Assembly: GCA_013265495.1 (NCBI GenBank)
Contig: MU058198.1
Coordinates: forward strand, 1,376,419 to 1,440,418
From: Vicugna vicugna
Taxonomy: Eukaryota
DNA length: 64,000 nt
Reading direction: 5' to 3'
A program made the position numbers and the translations under genes. The notes beneath the pieces are model-generated. The model saw only the letters and a list, made by a program, of their open reading frames with translations, was not told the DNA's origin and did not search any database. This document shows, in pieces, positions 36,566 through 48,600 of this stretch. How positions within the stretch are numbered: the first letter of the stretch is position 1; each line of letters opens with the position of its first letter.

Positions 36566-37620
36566 CTATCACAAAAAATCTAACATTTGTATCATCAGAA
36601 TCCCAAAAGTTGAGAAAGATAGGGCAGGGCTGGAAAATTACTCTAAGAAAGAATGCCAGAAATGTTCTAAAATTTGTCAAGAAATAAACTATAGAATTTA
36701 ACAATAATAAAAAATAATTATACACCAGGACTACATGGGGTTTATTTCAGGGAAGCAAGGCTGTTCAATGCTTAAAAATCAATCAATTAAATCTACCTAA
36801 CTGACAGGCTAATGAAGAAAAATCATATGATAATATTAATTGACATGGAAAAGGCATTTTCCAAAATTCAAGACTTATACGTGATAAAAATTCTCAGAAA
36901 AATAGGAATAGATGAGAGCTTCCTACACTTGATAAAGTTTTTTGTAGGTACTCTTTATCAAGTTAAATGTGAAAGACTGACCATTTCCCTTCTAATATCG
37001 GAAACAAGGCAGGGATGTCTGCTATCAACATTCTTAATCAACATAGTTCTAGGGGGGGATATATGTCACGTGGTAGAGCACATGCATAGCATGCAGGAGG
37101 TCCTGGAGGTCCTGGATTCAATCCTCCATATCTCCAAAAATAAATAAATAAACTTAATTACCACCCCCTCCCCCGCCACTGCCAAAAAAAAAAAAAATGG
37201 TTCTGGGAATTCTAGTCAGTGTAATAAGGCAAGAAAAGGAAGTAAAAGGCATATATCTCCAAAAGGAAGAAGTTAAAACTGTCCCTATTTGTGAATGATG
37301 TGATTATCTACATGGAAAAATCCCAAGGAATCAACAACAAAAACTTCCTAGAACTAAAAGGGGACCAATAGGATTAACAGACCAACATTACTATATATAA
37401 AATAGATAAACAACAAGGATCTGCTGTATAGCACAGGGAACTGTATTCAATTTCTCATAATAACATATAATGGAAAAGAATCTGAAAAGAAAAAATATAT
37501 ATACATGTACATATAATAAAATATATATGTATAACTGAATCTCTTTGCTATTCACCTGAAACATGGTAAATCAACTACAATTCAATAAAAAATTTTAAAA
37601 AACAAAACAAAACAAAAGGG
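36566..37620 (+). mobile_element. Older LINE-1 ORF1/ORF2 pieces plus a short L1 3' end, with a Vic-1-like SINE at ~37052-37197
   Basis: ORF 36812 KKNHMIILIDMEKAFSKIQ...TRQGCLLS (L1 RT); SINE with GTGGTAGAGCACATGC and A-tail. Confidence 0.75.
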
Positions 37621-37919
37621 GGACCAATAAATTCCTCATTTTGTTTAAGTGAATTTGACTTGGGTTTTTGTCATGTGTAACTGAGTTATTTACACATCAA
37701 GTATTTATTAAGTGCCTAAAATTCACCAACATCTGTTTTAGACACTAGTGACACTTCAGCGAACAAAACAAATTGTTACTCTTAAGGGTGGTAGTAAGAG
37801 ACACAAAAAGTCACAACAGGTTAAAGAGACAAAAATGAGGGATGCTATTTTAGAAAATGTGGTCAGGGAAGCCCTCTTTGATAGGACATGAGGGATTTGA
37901 CCAAGGATAGTGTTCTAGG

Positions 37920-38649
37920 TGATACAGGAAAACAGATCTGCAGCATGAGGAGGGCCGAGTCCCAGGTCTCGGTTGAGCCCTTGGGATGTGCCCTGCCAAG
38001 TGTGGGTCCTTGGCTTCGCGCAGGAAAGATTTCAAGTGCGAGCTACCATTGAGTTAAGATAGATGTATTTAGAGAGATACACTGCATAGAGTGTAAGACA
38101 AGAGAAAGGCAAGGAAGGAGGTGTGGGAATTGGTGCTCAGGTTGAAGTAAAAGTAGGTAAACTCTCCATAGACAGAGTGCAGGCGTCTCCAAAGGGGGGA
38201 GAGCGCAAAGGGCCACTAGGCATGGTGTTGTCAGTTTTTATGGTCTCAGTAGCTTCACATGCCTACAGTGGGATCAATCCAACTGCCCTGGGGAAGGGGC
38301 TGGGGTTCCCAGGGACTGGGCCACCACCCATTCTTTGGCCTTTTGAGGTTAGCCTTGGGGCTGTCATGGCGCCTGCAGGCATGTTATTTGATCAGCTGTT
38401 ACAATGAGCATATAATGAAGCTCAAGATCTACTAGAAGTTAAACCTCTTAAATCTTAAGGCCCACTAGGAGGTGAATCTTCCACCATTTTGGTGTTAAAT
38501 TGCTGTCATTCCTTCAGTGGCTATGGCCTGATAGAAGTTAAACCTCTTAATCCTTAAGGCCCACTAGGAGGTGAATCTTCCACCATTTTGGTGTTAAATT
38601 GCTGTCATTCCTTCAGTGGCTATGGCCTGGCCCCTTCCCTCCTGTCTCA
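37920..38649 (-). mobile_element. Solo LTR, family A, copy 2, with internal ~99-bp tandem duplication
   Basis: TSD TAGG both sides; paralogous to 24275-24901; unit repeated at 38433-38530 and 38532-38629. Confidence 0.88.
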
Positions 38650-38683
38650 TAGGCAGTGGGGACTGTAAATTCAAAGATCCCAA

Positions 38684-39108
38684 TGTTACGGAAACGACAG
38701 GCCAGCCAGGAAACAAGCACCACTCGGAGGTTTGGAGTACTCAGATTTATTATGCCGGCGGACTCAAAGGGGCTTCTGCTCCGGAGCTCTGAGCACCTCC
38801 AAGACATGTGCATGAGGTTTTATAGGGTTAATTATAAGCTTGGGATATTTGGCCAATAGGCATGGAACAGCTTTAGCAGCATCATTATCACAAAAGCGGA
38901 GGCAGGAAGGCAGCAAACCGGCACTCCAAGGCCAGATATGTCTCTGAAAATCCAGCTGGCTAGCAAAAGAAGAACATGAGCAGGGAATCAGCAAACCGAC
39001 ACTTTTTAACTTAGATTTATGAGTTAGCCCAGCAGAATTTAGATCAGTAATCCGACAGTTGTTACACTTAGATTTACGAGTTAGGCCCAGCCTGCCTTTT
39101 CCTTCTCA
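38684..39108 (-). mobile_element. Solo LTR, family B (ERV1-like), copy 1
   Basis: TG/CA ends, TSD CCAA, reverse-complement similarity to 41742-42155. Confidence 0.85.
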
Positions 39109-40405
39109 CCAAGGCTGGAACATGGGTAGTATGTTGGAGGCACAGCAAGAGGGCTGATAGGCTGCAGCACAGTGAGAGAGAGGGGAGGGAGAGGGCAGTG
39201 GGTCACAGAGAGGTCATCGTGCCAGATAGAGAAGTTCCTGGCAGTCCATGTAAGGACTTAGTTTTCACCTAGAGTGACCTAGGAAGCGCTGCAGGCTGTG
39301 AGCACAGGAGCAGCGTGATAGCATTTATATTTAACCCTGACCGGTTGAACCGGTTGAAAGATAAACACAACCCCTGGTTCACTGAGACCTAGAGCAACCT
39401 GTACCTTAATTTTTTTCCTTTCCATTCAAAACCACTTCATGGCCTTCTTCCATTCTTTTTTTCTCTCCTTCTTGCAGAGAAAACTTCCTCTATTCCTTCA
39501 CAAGAGTAACCCCTCCAGCAACTTCATGGACACTTTTCCTCCTGTGAATACATTGCTTTCCCAGGCCCACGCAAAGCTTGTGGTGTACGTAAATCATTAA
39601 ATATAAAAGGGAGAGTCTCTGGGGATTGCGGAAACTTCTAGTGTAAATTTAGCCCAGAACTTCTGCTCCGCCCTCCAAAATGTCTCCACCAATCTAGGAA
39701 AGGCCCTCTGGGTGTACCTTACTTCTTCCAAACCAGATGTGAGAGTTCAAGTTTCCGGGCTGCTCTTCTAGGAAGCAGATCTGCCATCATCTCCAGCTGT
39801 GTGGAAATCTGTCACTTTAGTGAGTACCACCTTATCTGTCTCCTATGTAAGGTTTTCTGGGCTGCAGTGTATAACTTTTGAGCAAAGATAACAAGCAAAC
39901 AAAACCAACAAATAAAAAATGCTCTCACTGAAGTCCTGGGCAACAATGTTTTTCTACTAGAATTTCTCAGTTGTTGTATAATACTGCCTGGTAAGTGGCC
40001 AGGAGTATGTACACAAAAGGCTGTAAACATAGCAGCTGAGCTTTCTCGTTAAAAGCTTTTCACTGGTATTTAATTTTGTAAAAACTATGTGCGTGTGTCA
40101 ACTTGTTAAAATGTTTTGTAAAAAAATGAGTCTTAAGTAGTAGCTGTGTTTTCCCACTGTACTGTCTACTTGGCTCCCGATCCTGCTCAGTGGCAGGAAT
40201 CCATCTTCTGCATTCAAAAAGTAAACCAACTACCCCTAGGAAACTTAAGGAAATATTTAGAGGCAAACCTAAGGAAATAACCTGAGGGCAGCCACTATTC
40301 TCCATTAGGTGGTCAAGCATGGCTCGAAAAATCCTGTATAGACGTTTAAGACAGTCTTATTAGGTTAGGGAGACCAGTAAGGGTTTCGTCTTAACTTTGA
40401 GGCAG

Positions 40406-41013
40406 TGTGGGTTCTGGCCGGCAGAAGTCCCACCGAGACGAAATGAATTACTCGAGACTCTGTGGAAAAAGTCAAGAGAGCGAGAGGAAGTCAGGAGCCA
40501 ACTCCACGAGCCTCTCAAATGCTCCCACATTTATTGTGTACAATCAAAGGAAAAATCACTTAACAGTTGTGTGATGGAATGCAGGAATTTAGGGAAAGAC
40601 AGGGTGGGATCAAGATCATAGAAATCACAATGTGTACAAAGGCTTTGTTTATCTTTAGGGAAGTCTGGACAGAGGAGGAAAAAGATACATTCTTATAGAT
40701 AACTTAAAGCAGACCACCAGACCAGCCAGTTCCTTGTTTTGGGGATAAAAGCCTATCTAACAGCAGGCACGCCCAGTGTTTATAGCCGAGGGCCTGGGTC
40801 GTTGCAACGAGCGGAGTGCTATCTAAAACCTCAACTATGCAAGCGAGGCATTGTCTCTGCTTTTTACGGCAAGGAGACCAGAGTGAGACCAGAGTGAGTG
40901 CGGATGCACAGGCGCCTGTTTGCAAGGCAGTTACTAAGCACATTTGTTCTTCTTTAAGGAGACAAGCGGCTGGGGTCTGTTACAATTTGTTAACCCAATC
41001 ATGGGCTCCCACA
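40406..41013 (-). mobile_element. Solo LTR, ERV2/beta-type (608 bp)
   Basis: TGTGGG...CCCACA inverted termini, 6-bp TSD AGGCAG/AGGCAC, AATAAA on minus near 40530. Confidence 0.8.
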
Positions 41014-41179
41014 AGGCACTGTATCCCAAGCCATTTTTATTATGTCCCAAGTCACTGTTACTACATAGATTACTTGATGGGGAAGGTATTTATGGAGATG
41101 TAGGGAGGCTAAAATCCCCTTGGCACTGCTGTTTACATGGGTATATGGATGTAGAGGTTTCTTTTCAGATGAGACTTTT

Positions 41180-41660
41180 TTTTTAAACTAAAGTATGGTC
41201 GATTACAATGTGTCAATTTCTGGTGTACAGCACAATGTCCTAGTCATGCATATACATACATATATTCATTTTCACATTCTTTTTCATCAAAGGTTATTAC
41301 AGGATATTGAATATAGTTCCCTGTGCTATACAGAAGAAACTTGGGGGGGGTGTAATCTATTTTTATATATAGTGGCTAACATGTGCAAATCTCGAACACC
41401 CAGATTTATCCCTTCTCACTTCCTTTCCCAGGTAACCATTAGATTGTTTACTATGTCTGCAAGTCTGTTTCTGTTTTGTAGACGAGTTCATAGTGTCTTT
41501 TTTTTTTCCATTTTCCTTTTTAGATTTCCACATGAGTGATATCATGTGGTATTTTTCTTTCTCTTTCTGGCTTACCTCACTTAGAATGACGATCTCTAGG
41601 TCCGTCCATGTTGCAGCAAATGGCATTATTTTATTCTTTTTTCTGCTAAGCAGTATTGCG
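41180..41660 (-). mobile_element. LINE-1 3' UTR fragment
   Basis: Minus [36 protein letters not shown]-rich tail. Confidence 0.85.
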
Positions 41661-41741
41661 AGATGAGACTTTAAATACTTTCAAAAGCCCTTTTGACCAG
41701 CAGTGGAACTACCTTTATTAGCAGTTTTCTGGTGCTCAGTA

Positions 41742-42155
41742 TGTGAAGGAAAAACCGGGCTAGTCTAACAAGATTAACTCACAAATCTAAGTATTGGAAT
41801 ACTGATCTGAGTTCCGCTAGACTAACTTGTAAATCTAAGTTAATTAGTGTTGGTTTGCTTTTCATGTTTTTTACTAGCCAGCTGGGTTTTCAAAGATACA
41901 TATCTGGCTTTGGAATGTTGGTCTGCTGCCTCCCCGCCTCCACTTTTGTGATGATAATGCTGCTAAAGCTGTTCCATGCCTATTGGCCGAATACCCCAAG
42001 CTTGTACTTTACCCTGTGAAACCTCATGCGCACGTCTTGGAGGGGCTCAGAGCTTCGGAGCAGAAGCCCCTCTGAGCCCGCTGGCGTAATACATCTGAGT
42101 ACTCCAACCCTCCAAGTGGTGCTTGTTTCTTGACTGGCCTGTCGTTTCCATAACA
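41742..42155 (+). mobile_element. Solo LTR, family B, copy 2
   Basis: TG...CA ends, TSD AGTA. Confidence 0.85.
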
Positions 42156-44939
42156 AGTATAATAGTCTGGACTCTCAGCTCTTTCACCTACAAAGAAATT
42201 TAGAGACCTAGAAAATAAATATTATGAAATGCTAAAAATCACTAAAAAGGCAGGAAAAGTACCTTGTTGGGGGAAAGGCAATCTTAATGGTTTTGATGAG
42301 GAGGATGTTGCTATTTTCAGAATAGTCAAGCTCATTTGAAGCTCCAAATGACTGGTCAATTTTTTTTTTCAAAGTATGTTTGAAGGATTCTGAACGCAGT
42401 GGAGAAAATAGTTTGAAATTTTCATCCCAATTGCAAAATGATGGAAACAGGTCAAATGATGATTGATGGGGGACTGACTGATGATATTATGGTGCAGTTG
42501 TTCACTGGAATGTCATACAGCTGTTTAAAAAACAAAACCAAAAAGCACACTGAGGAAGATCTCTGTGACCTAATAGGGAAAGCCATCCAAAATTTTATTT
42601 AAAAAAAATTTTAATGGACAAGATATTGTATATTCTAGGCTACATGGTGTATAAAAGTAGAAAAGGAGGAAAAAAAGAATCTATAGTCATTTGCTTGTAT
42701 ACATATGAAGAAACCCTGAACAGATACATAGAAATAATAATAGTGGTTCCCCAAGGGAATGAGGGTGGGATGAAACTGGGCAGCTATGAGACTGGGGCTG
42801 GGAGGCGGATTTTTTACTGTGTACCTTTTATGATTTTTGAACCATTTGAAGATATTATCCCCCAAAATTAAAAACAAGGTTACAACTCTAAAAACTTAGT
42901 GTTGACTACTTAACTTCTTTCTTCCCGTTGAAGAAAACTTGTTGTTATTTCTGTAAGGAGAGAGATGCCAAATGTGCAGTCTGTAACTTTCCAGCAAATA
43001 GCAGAGAAGGGTGAGTCCTTATATTAAATCCCCGCTGCCAAACAGAATGATGTTTGAGGACTCAGGGGCTTACTCCTGTTCTAAAGAGCAGCCTCTTCTA
43101 GAGCCTAAGAGAAGTGCCAAGGGATCTCTGGTTAACACGTTTCCTCCCCAACTCAGGTAAGAGAACAGTGCTGAGTAATACTTTACTAAACCTGAACCCT
43201 TAGAAAAATCTTCTTCTTCCTGTTCTGAGCTATTATCAAGATAGATTAGCACTATCCACAAGAATTTTCTGCAATGATAGAAATGTTTTGTATCTGCACT
43301 CACCTGTATGTGGTAGCCACTAGCCACATGTGGCTATTAAGCACTTGAAATGTAGCTAGTGTAGGTGAAGAACTGATTTTTCAATAGTATTTAAATAGCC
43401 ACATATGGACAGTGCCAAGTAGTCACACAATTCTGGTTAAAGCAAGAGAGGCACTTCTTATGCCTACTATAATTCTGGGTTCTTGGGGGGAAAAAAAACT
43501 GTGTGCAAAAGTTCTACCTTCTGAAAAATGTTATTTATTCATTCAACAAACATATATTAAGCACTGACTATGGGCCAAATGCTATTATAATTCCCATGAA
43601 CATAACAATGCCACTACCCTCATAGACCTTACTTTCTAATGCAAAGATTAGCAAACTAGCAATTTGCAAGCACTATCCCATTTAATCTTTGAGACAACTA
43701 CTCTCTACATTGGTAAAAAGTGAAACTAGAGCCTGAGAATGGATATTTCTAACAAGCTTCCAGCTGATGGCCGATGCTGTTTGTTCATAGGTCATAACCT
43801 CTGTGTCAGTGACTCTCAGCCCTGGTTACACATTAGAATCATCTGAGGAAAGTTTTAAAAAGATGATATCCAGGCCCCACCCCCTAGAGATTCTGATTCA
43901 ATTAGTCCAAGACCCAGGCATCAATACATTTATAAAGCTTTCCTCATGATTCAAATATACAACCAGGCTTGAGAATCACTTCTCTGTTGAAATTCTACTG
44001 AACTGTAGTAAAGAGAACATTCAAAGACCAACGATCTAGTTCTAACTCTGATGTGACACTTTGAAGCAAGTTGCTTCCCCTCTCTGGGGCTCTGTTTTCC
44101 TTGCAGGTGAAAAATGAGGAGGCTCAAACCAGATGAGCTCAGAGGGTTCAAGCTCACTGCTTTGTCAGGCCCTCACACAGAGAAGTGGGACCCTCAGAAG
44201 TTCCCAGGTCTCCCGATGGCACTGGGGGCAGCAACATGATTCCCAAATGCCAAGTCCACTTAGGGTAAAACTTACGGCTGGCGTCCCTTGTTTGGCAGTT
44301 TATCAATACAGAAATGTTTCCACGTAGCGACTCTGCCTTATGTACCATACAGCTAGAATTGCAGTTTAAAATGATTTAAATGATTTTATGATTGTGAGAG
44401 CAGTATTTCATTATAGGAAATTTGGAAGATTACAGAAAGTATCAAGAGGAAAACCCTTGAACTGTGTTTTTATAACAGCCTTCTTTATGAGACGAGTAAG
44501 TGACATTGTGATCAAATGATTTCCCACGGACACCGGGATGGCTGGGTGGCCCAGAGAGGCCTCCCCAGCAAAAGTTCTAAAGGCTAAAACCCTATTATTA
44601 ATCCTTGGTAAATGCAGCTCCAAGCCTGGACTCAAGCGTGGGCTCCTATTTGGAGCATGGGAACTGTAGGCTATAAACTAGAGGATTTTTCAACAGTGCT
44701 TTCTTGCAGAACTGGTAGTGAGTGACCTCGGTTTCTTCATCGATGGATTACCCACTGTGAAAAATTCTCCTGAATATTTCTGCACTGCTTGTGAAATCTG
44801 CAGGCAAAAGATATTGGATAAAAAGCTTAGCCCTTTGCTTTCACTGAGAGTAACTGTACATGGGAGGGAATAGCAGAGTAGGAGTCAGATGAAGAATGGG
44901 CTGGGACCAAACAGTTCTGGGTTCAAACCCAACCAATGC

Positions 44940-45336
44940 CTGTTACAGACTGAATGTTTGTATCTCCGCCCCCTACCCACTGCCCTGACCAGTTCTTATG
45001 TTGAAGCCTTAACCCCGCAATGTGATAGTATTTGGGGATGGGGCCTTTGGAAGGTAATTAGGTTTAGATGAGGTCATGAAGGGTGGGGGCCCTGATGGGA
45101 TTAGTATCTTTTATGAAGAGGAAGAGAGACCAGAACTCTGTGTCTCCACCATGTAAGGACACCAAGAGGAGGCAAGCATCTACAAGCCAGGAACAGGGCC
45201 CTCACCAGATAACTGAATCAGCCAGCAGCTTCATCTAGGACTTCCCAGCCCCTAGAACTGTAAGAAATCAATGTCTGTTGTTTAAACCACACAATCAATG
45301 GTATTTTTGTTATAGCAGCCAGAGCTGACTGAGACA
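44940..45336 (+). mobile_element. MLT1-like (MaLR) solo LTR nested in a MIR
   Basis: 'tgttacagactgaatgtttgtatctcc...gtaattaggtttagatgaggtcatga...ggtatttttgttatagcagccagagctgactgagaca'. Confidence 0.75.
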
Positions 45337-45662
45337 ACCTCTTACTCCTCCTTTTCTCTATGCAGAGAAGGTAATTGTATCCACTTCACAGGGTTACTCT
45401 GAAGCTTTAATGATAAACTGTATGTAAGTAGAACACTGAGCACAGTATTTGGAACATAGTTATGGCTCAGAAAAGTAGTACTATTATGAATAATAATGAT
45501 AATAATAATAATAGTTTTTAAAAACTTAGCTATTTTGAGATATGGCTGACTTCAAGACAGAAACAAATGCATGTCCTTTTGCTTCTCTTTTAGATGGATC
45601 GGTCTCTGTGGAAATCCTGAGTGTTAAAACATCCAACAAGGCTGAAGCTAGCTCTTGTCACC

Positions 45663-48600
45663 ATGCAGACATTACTTCGTGCCAAGTATTTTCAGCGCCG
45701 GACAATTCCTGGTTCTGTGAGAGCACTGCATAAAGATTATAGACCAGGGATCCCTCAGAATTTCTCCAACTATGAATCCATGAAACAGGACTTCAAATTG
45801 GAGGTTCCAGAGTATTTCAACTTTGCTAAAGATGTCCTTGACCAATGGACCAATATGGAAAAGGTATGGAGCAAGGGCCAGTCAAACTGCAGTTTCTCAG
45901 TTGAGAGTGATTTTTCCCTCAGGGGACACTGGGGAATGTCTGGAGACAATTTTGTTGCCATAGTTAGGGGAGGGTATGTCCTAACGATGGAGGCCAGGGG
46001 TGTCGCTAAATATCTTGTAATGCACAGGACACCTGGCTCAACATGTTCCATGGTTGAGAAAGCCTGGGTTACAAAAACATAGGATTATAGGTGAACTTTT
46101 TTAAGAACAAAAAGGAGTATAGTGAAGAGGGAATCCAAGAGCCAGAAATGGTAGGAAATGAGGCACAGAAAGAGCACTGAGAGAAATCTACAGGGATGAA
46201 AGAATTCTAAGTCTATAGAAAGAAAAATAATCAGGCTAAATGAGAAATGACATGTGCCAGAAGAAATGACATGTCTCTCAACGTCTAGAAATGAGGACCC
46301 TAGAGTTATTTCCAAATACTCCAAGTATGTCCTAACTAACAATGACCTGTGAATTTTCTTCAGAGAAAATATTCCATGAAGTCAGTCGAAATAGAATTGA
46401 GCTGCATAACCACCCTGAATCTATGATTGGTTTATCTTTCCTCAGGCTGGAAAGAGACCTTCTAATCCAGCCTTCTGGTGGATAAATGGAAATGGAGAAG
46501 AAGTGAGATGGAGTTTTGAGGACCTGGGATCTTTGTCTAGGAAATTTGCAAATATCCTTACAGAAGCCTGTGCCCTGCAAAGGGGAGATCGAGTAATTGT
46601 GATTCTTCCCGGGATCCCAGAGTGGTGGCTTGCAAATATAGCCTGTATGCGAACAGGTTAGTAGTATTTGCAGTCTGATCATATTTAAATTAGGCTGGAT
46701 GAAAGATTTTTCAGAACATCTAAGTAATCATGAGACATGATTTTATTTGGGCAAATTATTTGAGGAACTGTCACAACATGGTATGATTCTCAGGATCTTA
46801 AACACGTGTTGGAAACATGCCATATCTTTTGACCCAGACTATGAATTGGGTTTCTCATGATGGAATAGATTTAAGTGAATGCCAAGCAACAATGAAACAC
46901 CTTTATATCTACTTCTTTTCTCCTCCTATAGGACCCATGGTCATCTGAAACCCAACCAGTCACAAACTCAAAAAACCCATCCTAGTTCTTGTTTCACACC
47001 TTTATTCCTCTCGTGGTTAATTACCATTGGTCTGATGCCCTAAGCCGGGCATCTGCAACTCCTCCTCCCTAATCAGTTCCTACATCTTGTAAATTTGACC
47101 TCCCCCACCCCCCAGCATGCTGCCTCTTCTCTAATTCCATTGCCATTGCTTTACTTCAGTTCCTTACCATCTCCTGAGATGATTTTCAAAATGCTATATT
47201 TTAGCATTATCCCTCTTCATGACTCAAGCAAGAGGTGTTTACTGGGCACTTGCTATGTTTTAGGAGCTTTGGGGTTTAGGGTCCAGTGGGAGAGAGAGTC
47301 AGGAGTTAAGTAAACACATAGTGGGGTGAATGTGACCAGTACTATAAAAAGGAAATAGCACAGGAGCCATCAGAATGTATCAGAGGAATAGCTCCATAGT
47401 CTGAGAGAAGGTCAGGGGGATATTTGAGCTGAAACCTAAGGGATGCGTTGGTCAGTGGGAGAAGTTGCTGATGATGGGAGCATTCTAGGTAAATGGAAAA
47501 GCTTCCGCAAAGGTCCTGAGGCAAGAAATAACTTGTAGATTTGAGGAAATGAAAACAATCCAGTGTGAACGTGGGTACTAACTAGGGTCCACCTCATCCC
47601 AGGGACTATCATATGTGAAATCTCGTGTCAGATGCTTCTCCCCTAGGCACGCTTGGGTGAGTGCTGCCAGGATTCGCTTAGTAGTCTCCTTTTTCTACAT
47701 TCTGTGGCTGCAGTGCCCCCTTCTGAGATCGATTCTGTATTAATATATCAGAGTATGGTTTAATCTTGCTGCTCTTTGAATCCTTATGTTTTCTTGACAC
47801 TAACTATCAATATCTCTGTTCTGATCTACTTTATGTTGCGCATACAGTTTAGCTCTTGGAAGGCAATCTATTCCTCTTATTTCTCAGTTCTCAGAAATAT
47901 ACTGCCCTGTAGCCCCCAGTGCCAACAACAAACTCGTATCACATTTTAATTTTCAAACTCTTTTGTATTATAGGCCAAATCCCTTTGCAACAGAAATCTC
48001 AGTATATAATTATTTTTAAAAATATTAATTTCCAATGAGTTGTTCCTTTACTTTAAGTAATATTTACCACAAAAAGTTAGTATAACACCCAATCTCAGTC
48101 CACAGGTTTTGAAGAAGTTTCTATAATGCATGTGATCCCTCTGGAATTATAATAAATATTCACCCATTTGCTCATTTTATCTTCACAAAAGGATTATGGT
48201 TAGGAAGGGGAAGTCTCATTTTATGAACAGGGAGGGAAAAGCTTTCATGGATGGGGGAAAAGGAACATTAAGTCATTTGCCTAAAAGCATTCAGAAAGTC
48301 AGTGGTAGGGCCTAGTGCCCGCTCTAGCATTTTCTAGAATTTTCATAAAATTTCAAAATATGAATAGTTCTTAAAAATCATCTAGGTGGGGGAAGTCAGC
48401 ATCATGGTAGTGCGAGCTCTTTCCTTCATCTCTTCTCTTCCGTCCACAACTAGTAGAATATCCATAACTCAGCAAAGATTCCTCTGCCCAACACACCAGG
48501 ACTCCAGAGAGATCCACACATCAGTACATCTGAAGGTGGGTGGATTGGAACATAGGAATTGGAGCCAAAGGAACAGGAGAGAGGGTGCCTGTGACCCTGG

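Noticed and set aside
24275..38649. Family-A LTR pair as the two ends of one 14-kb provirus
   Set aside because: Each copy has its own distinct TSD (TTTT vs TAGG), so they are independent solo LTRs.
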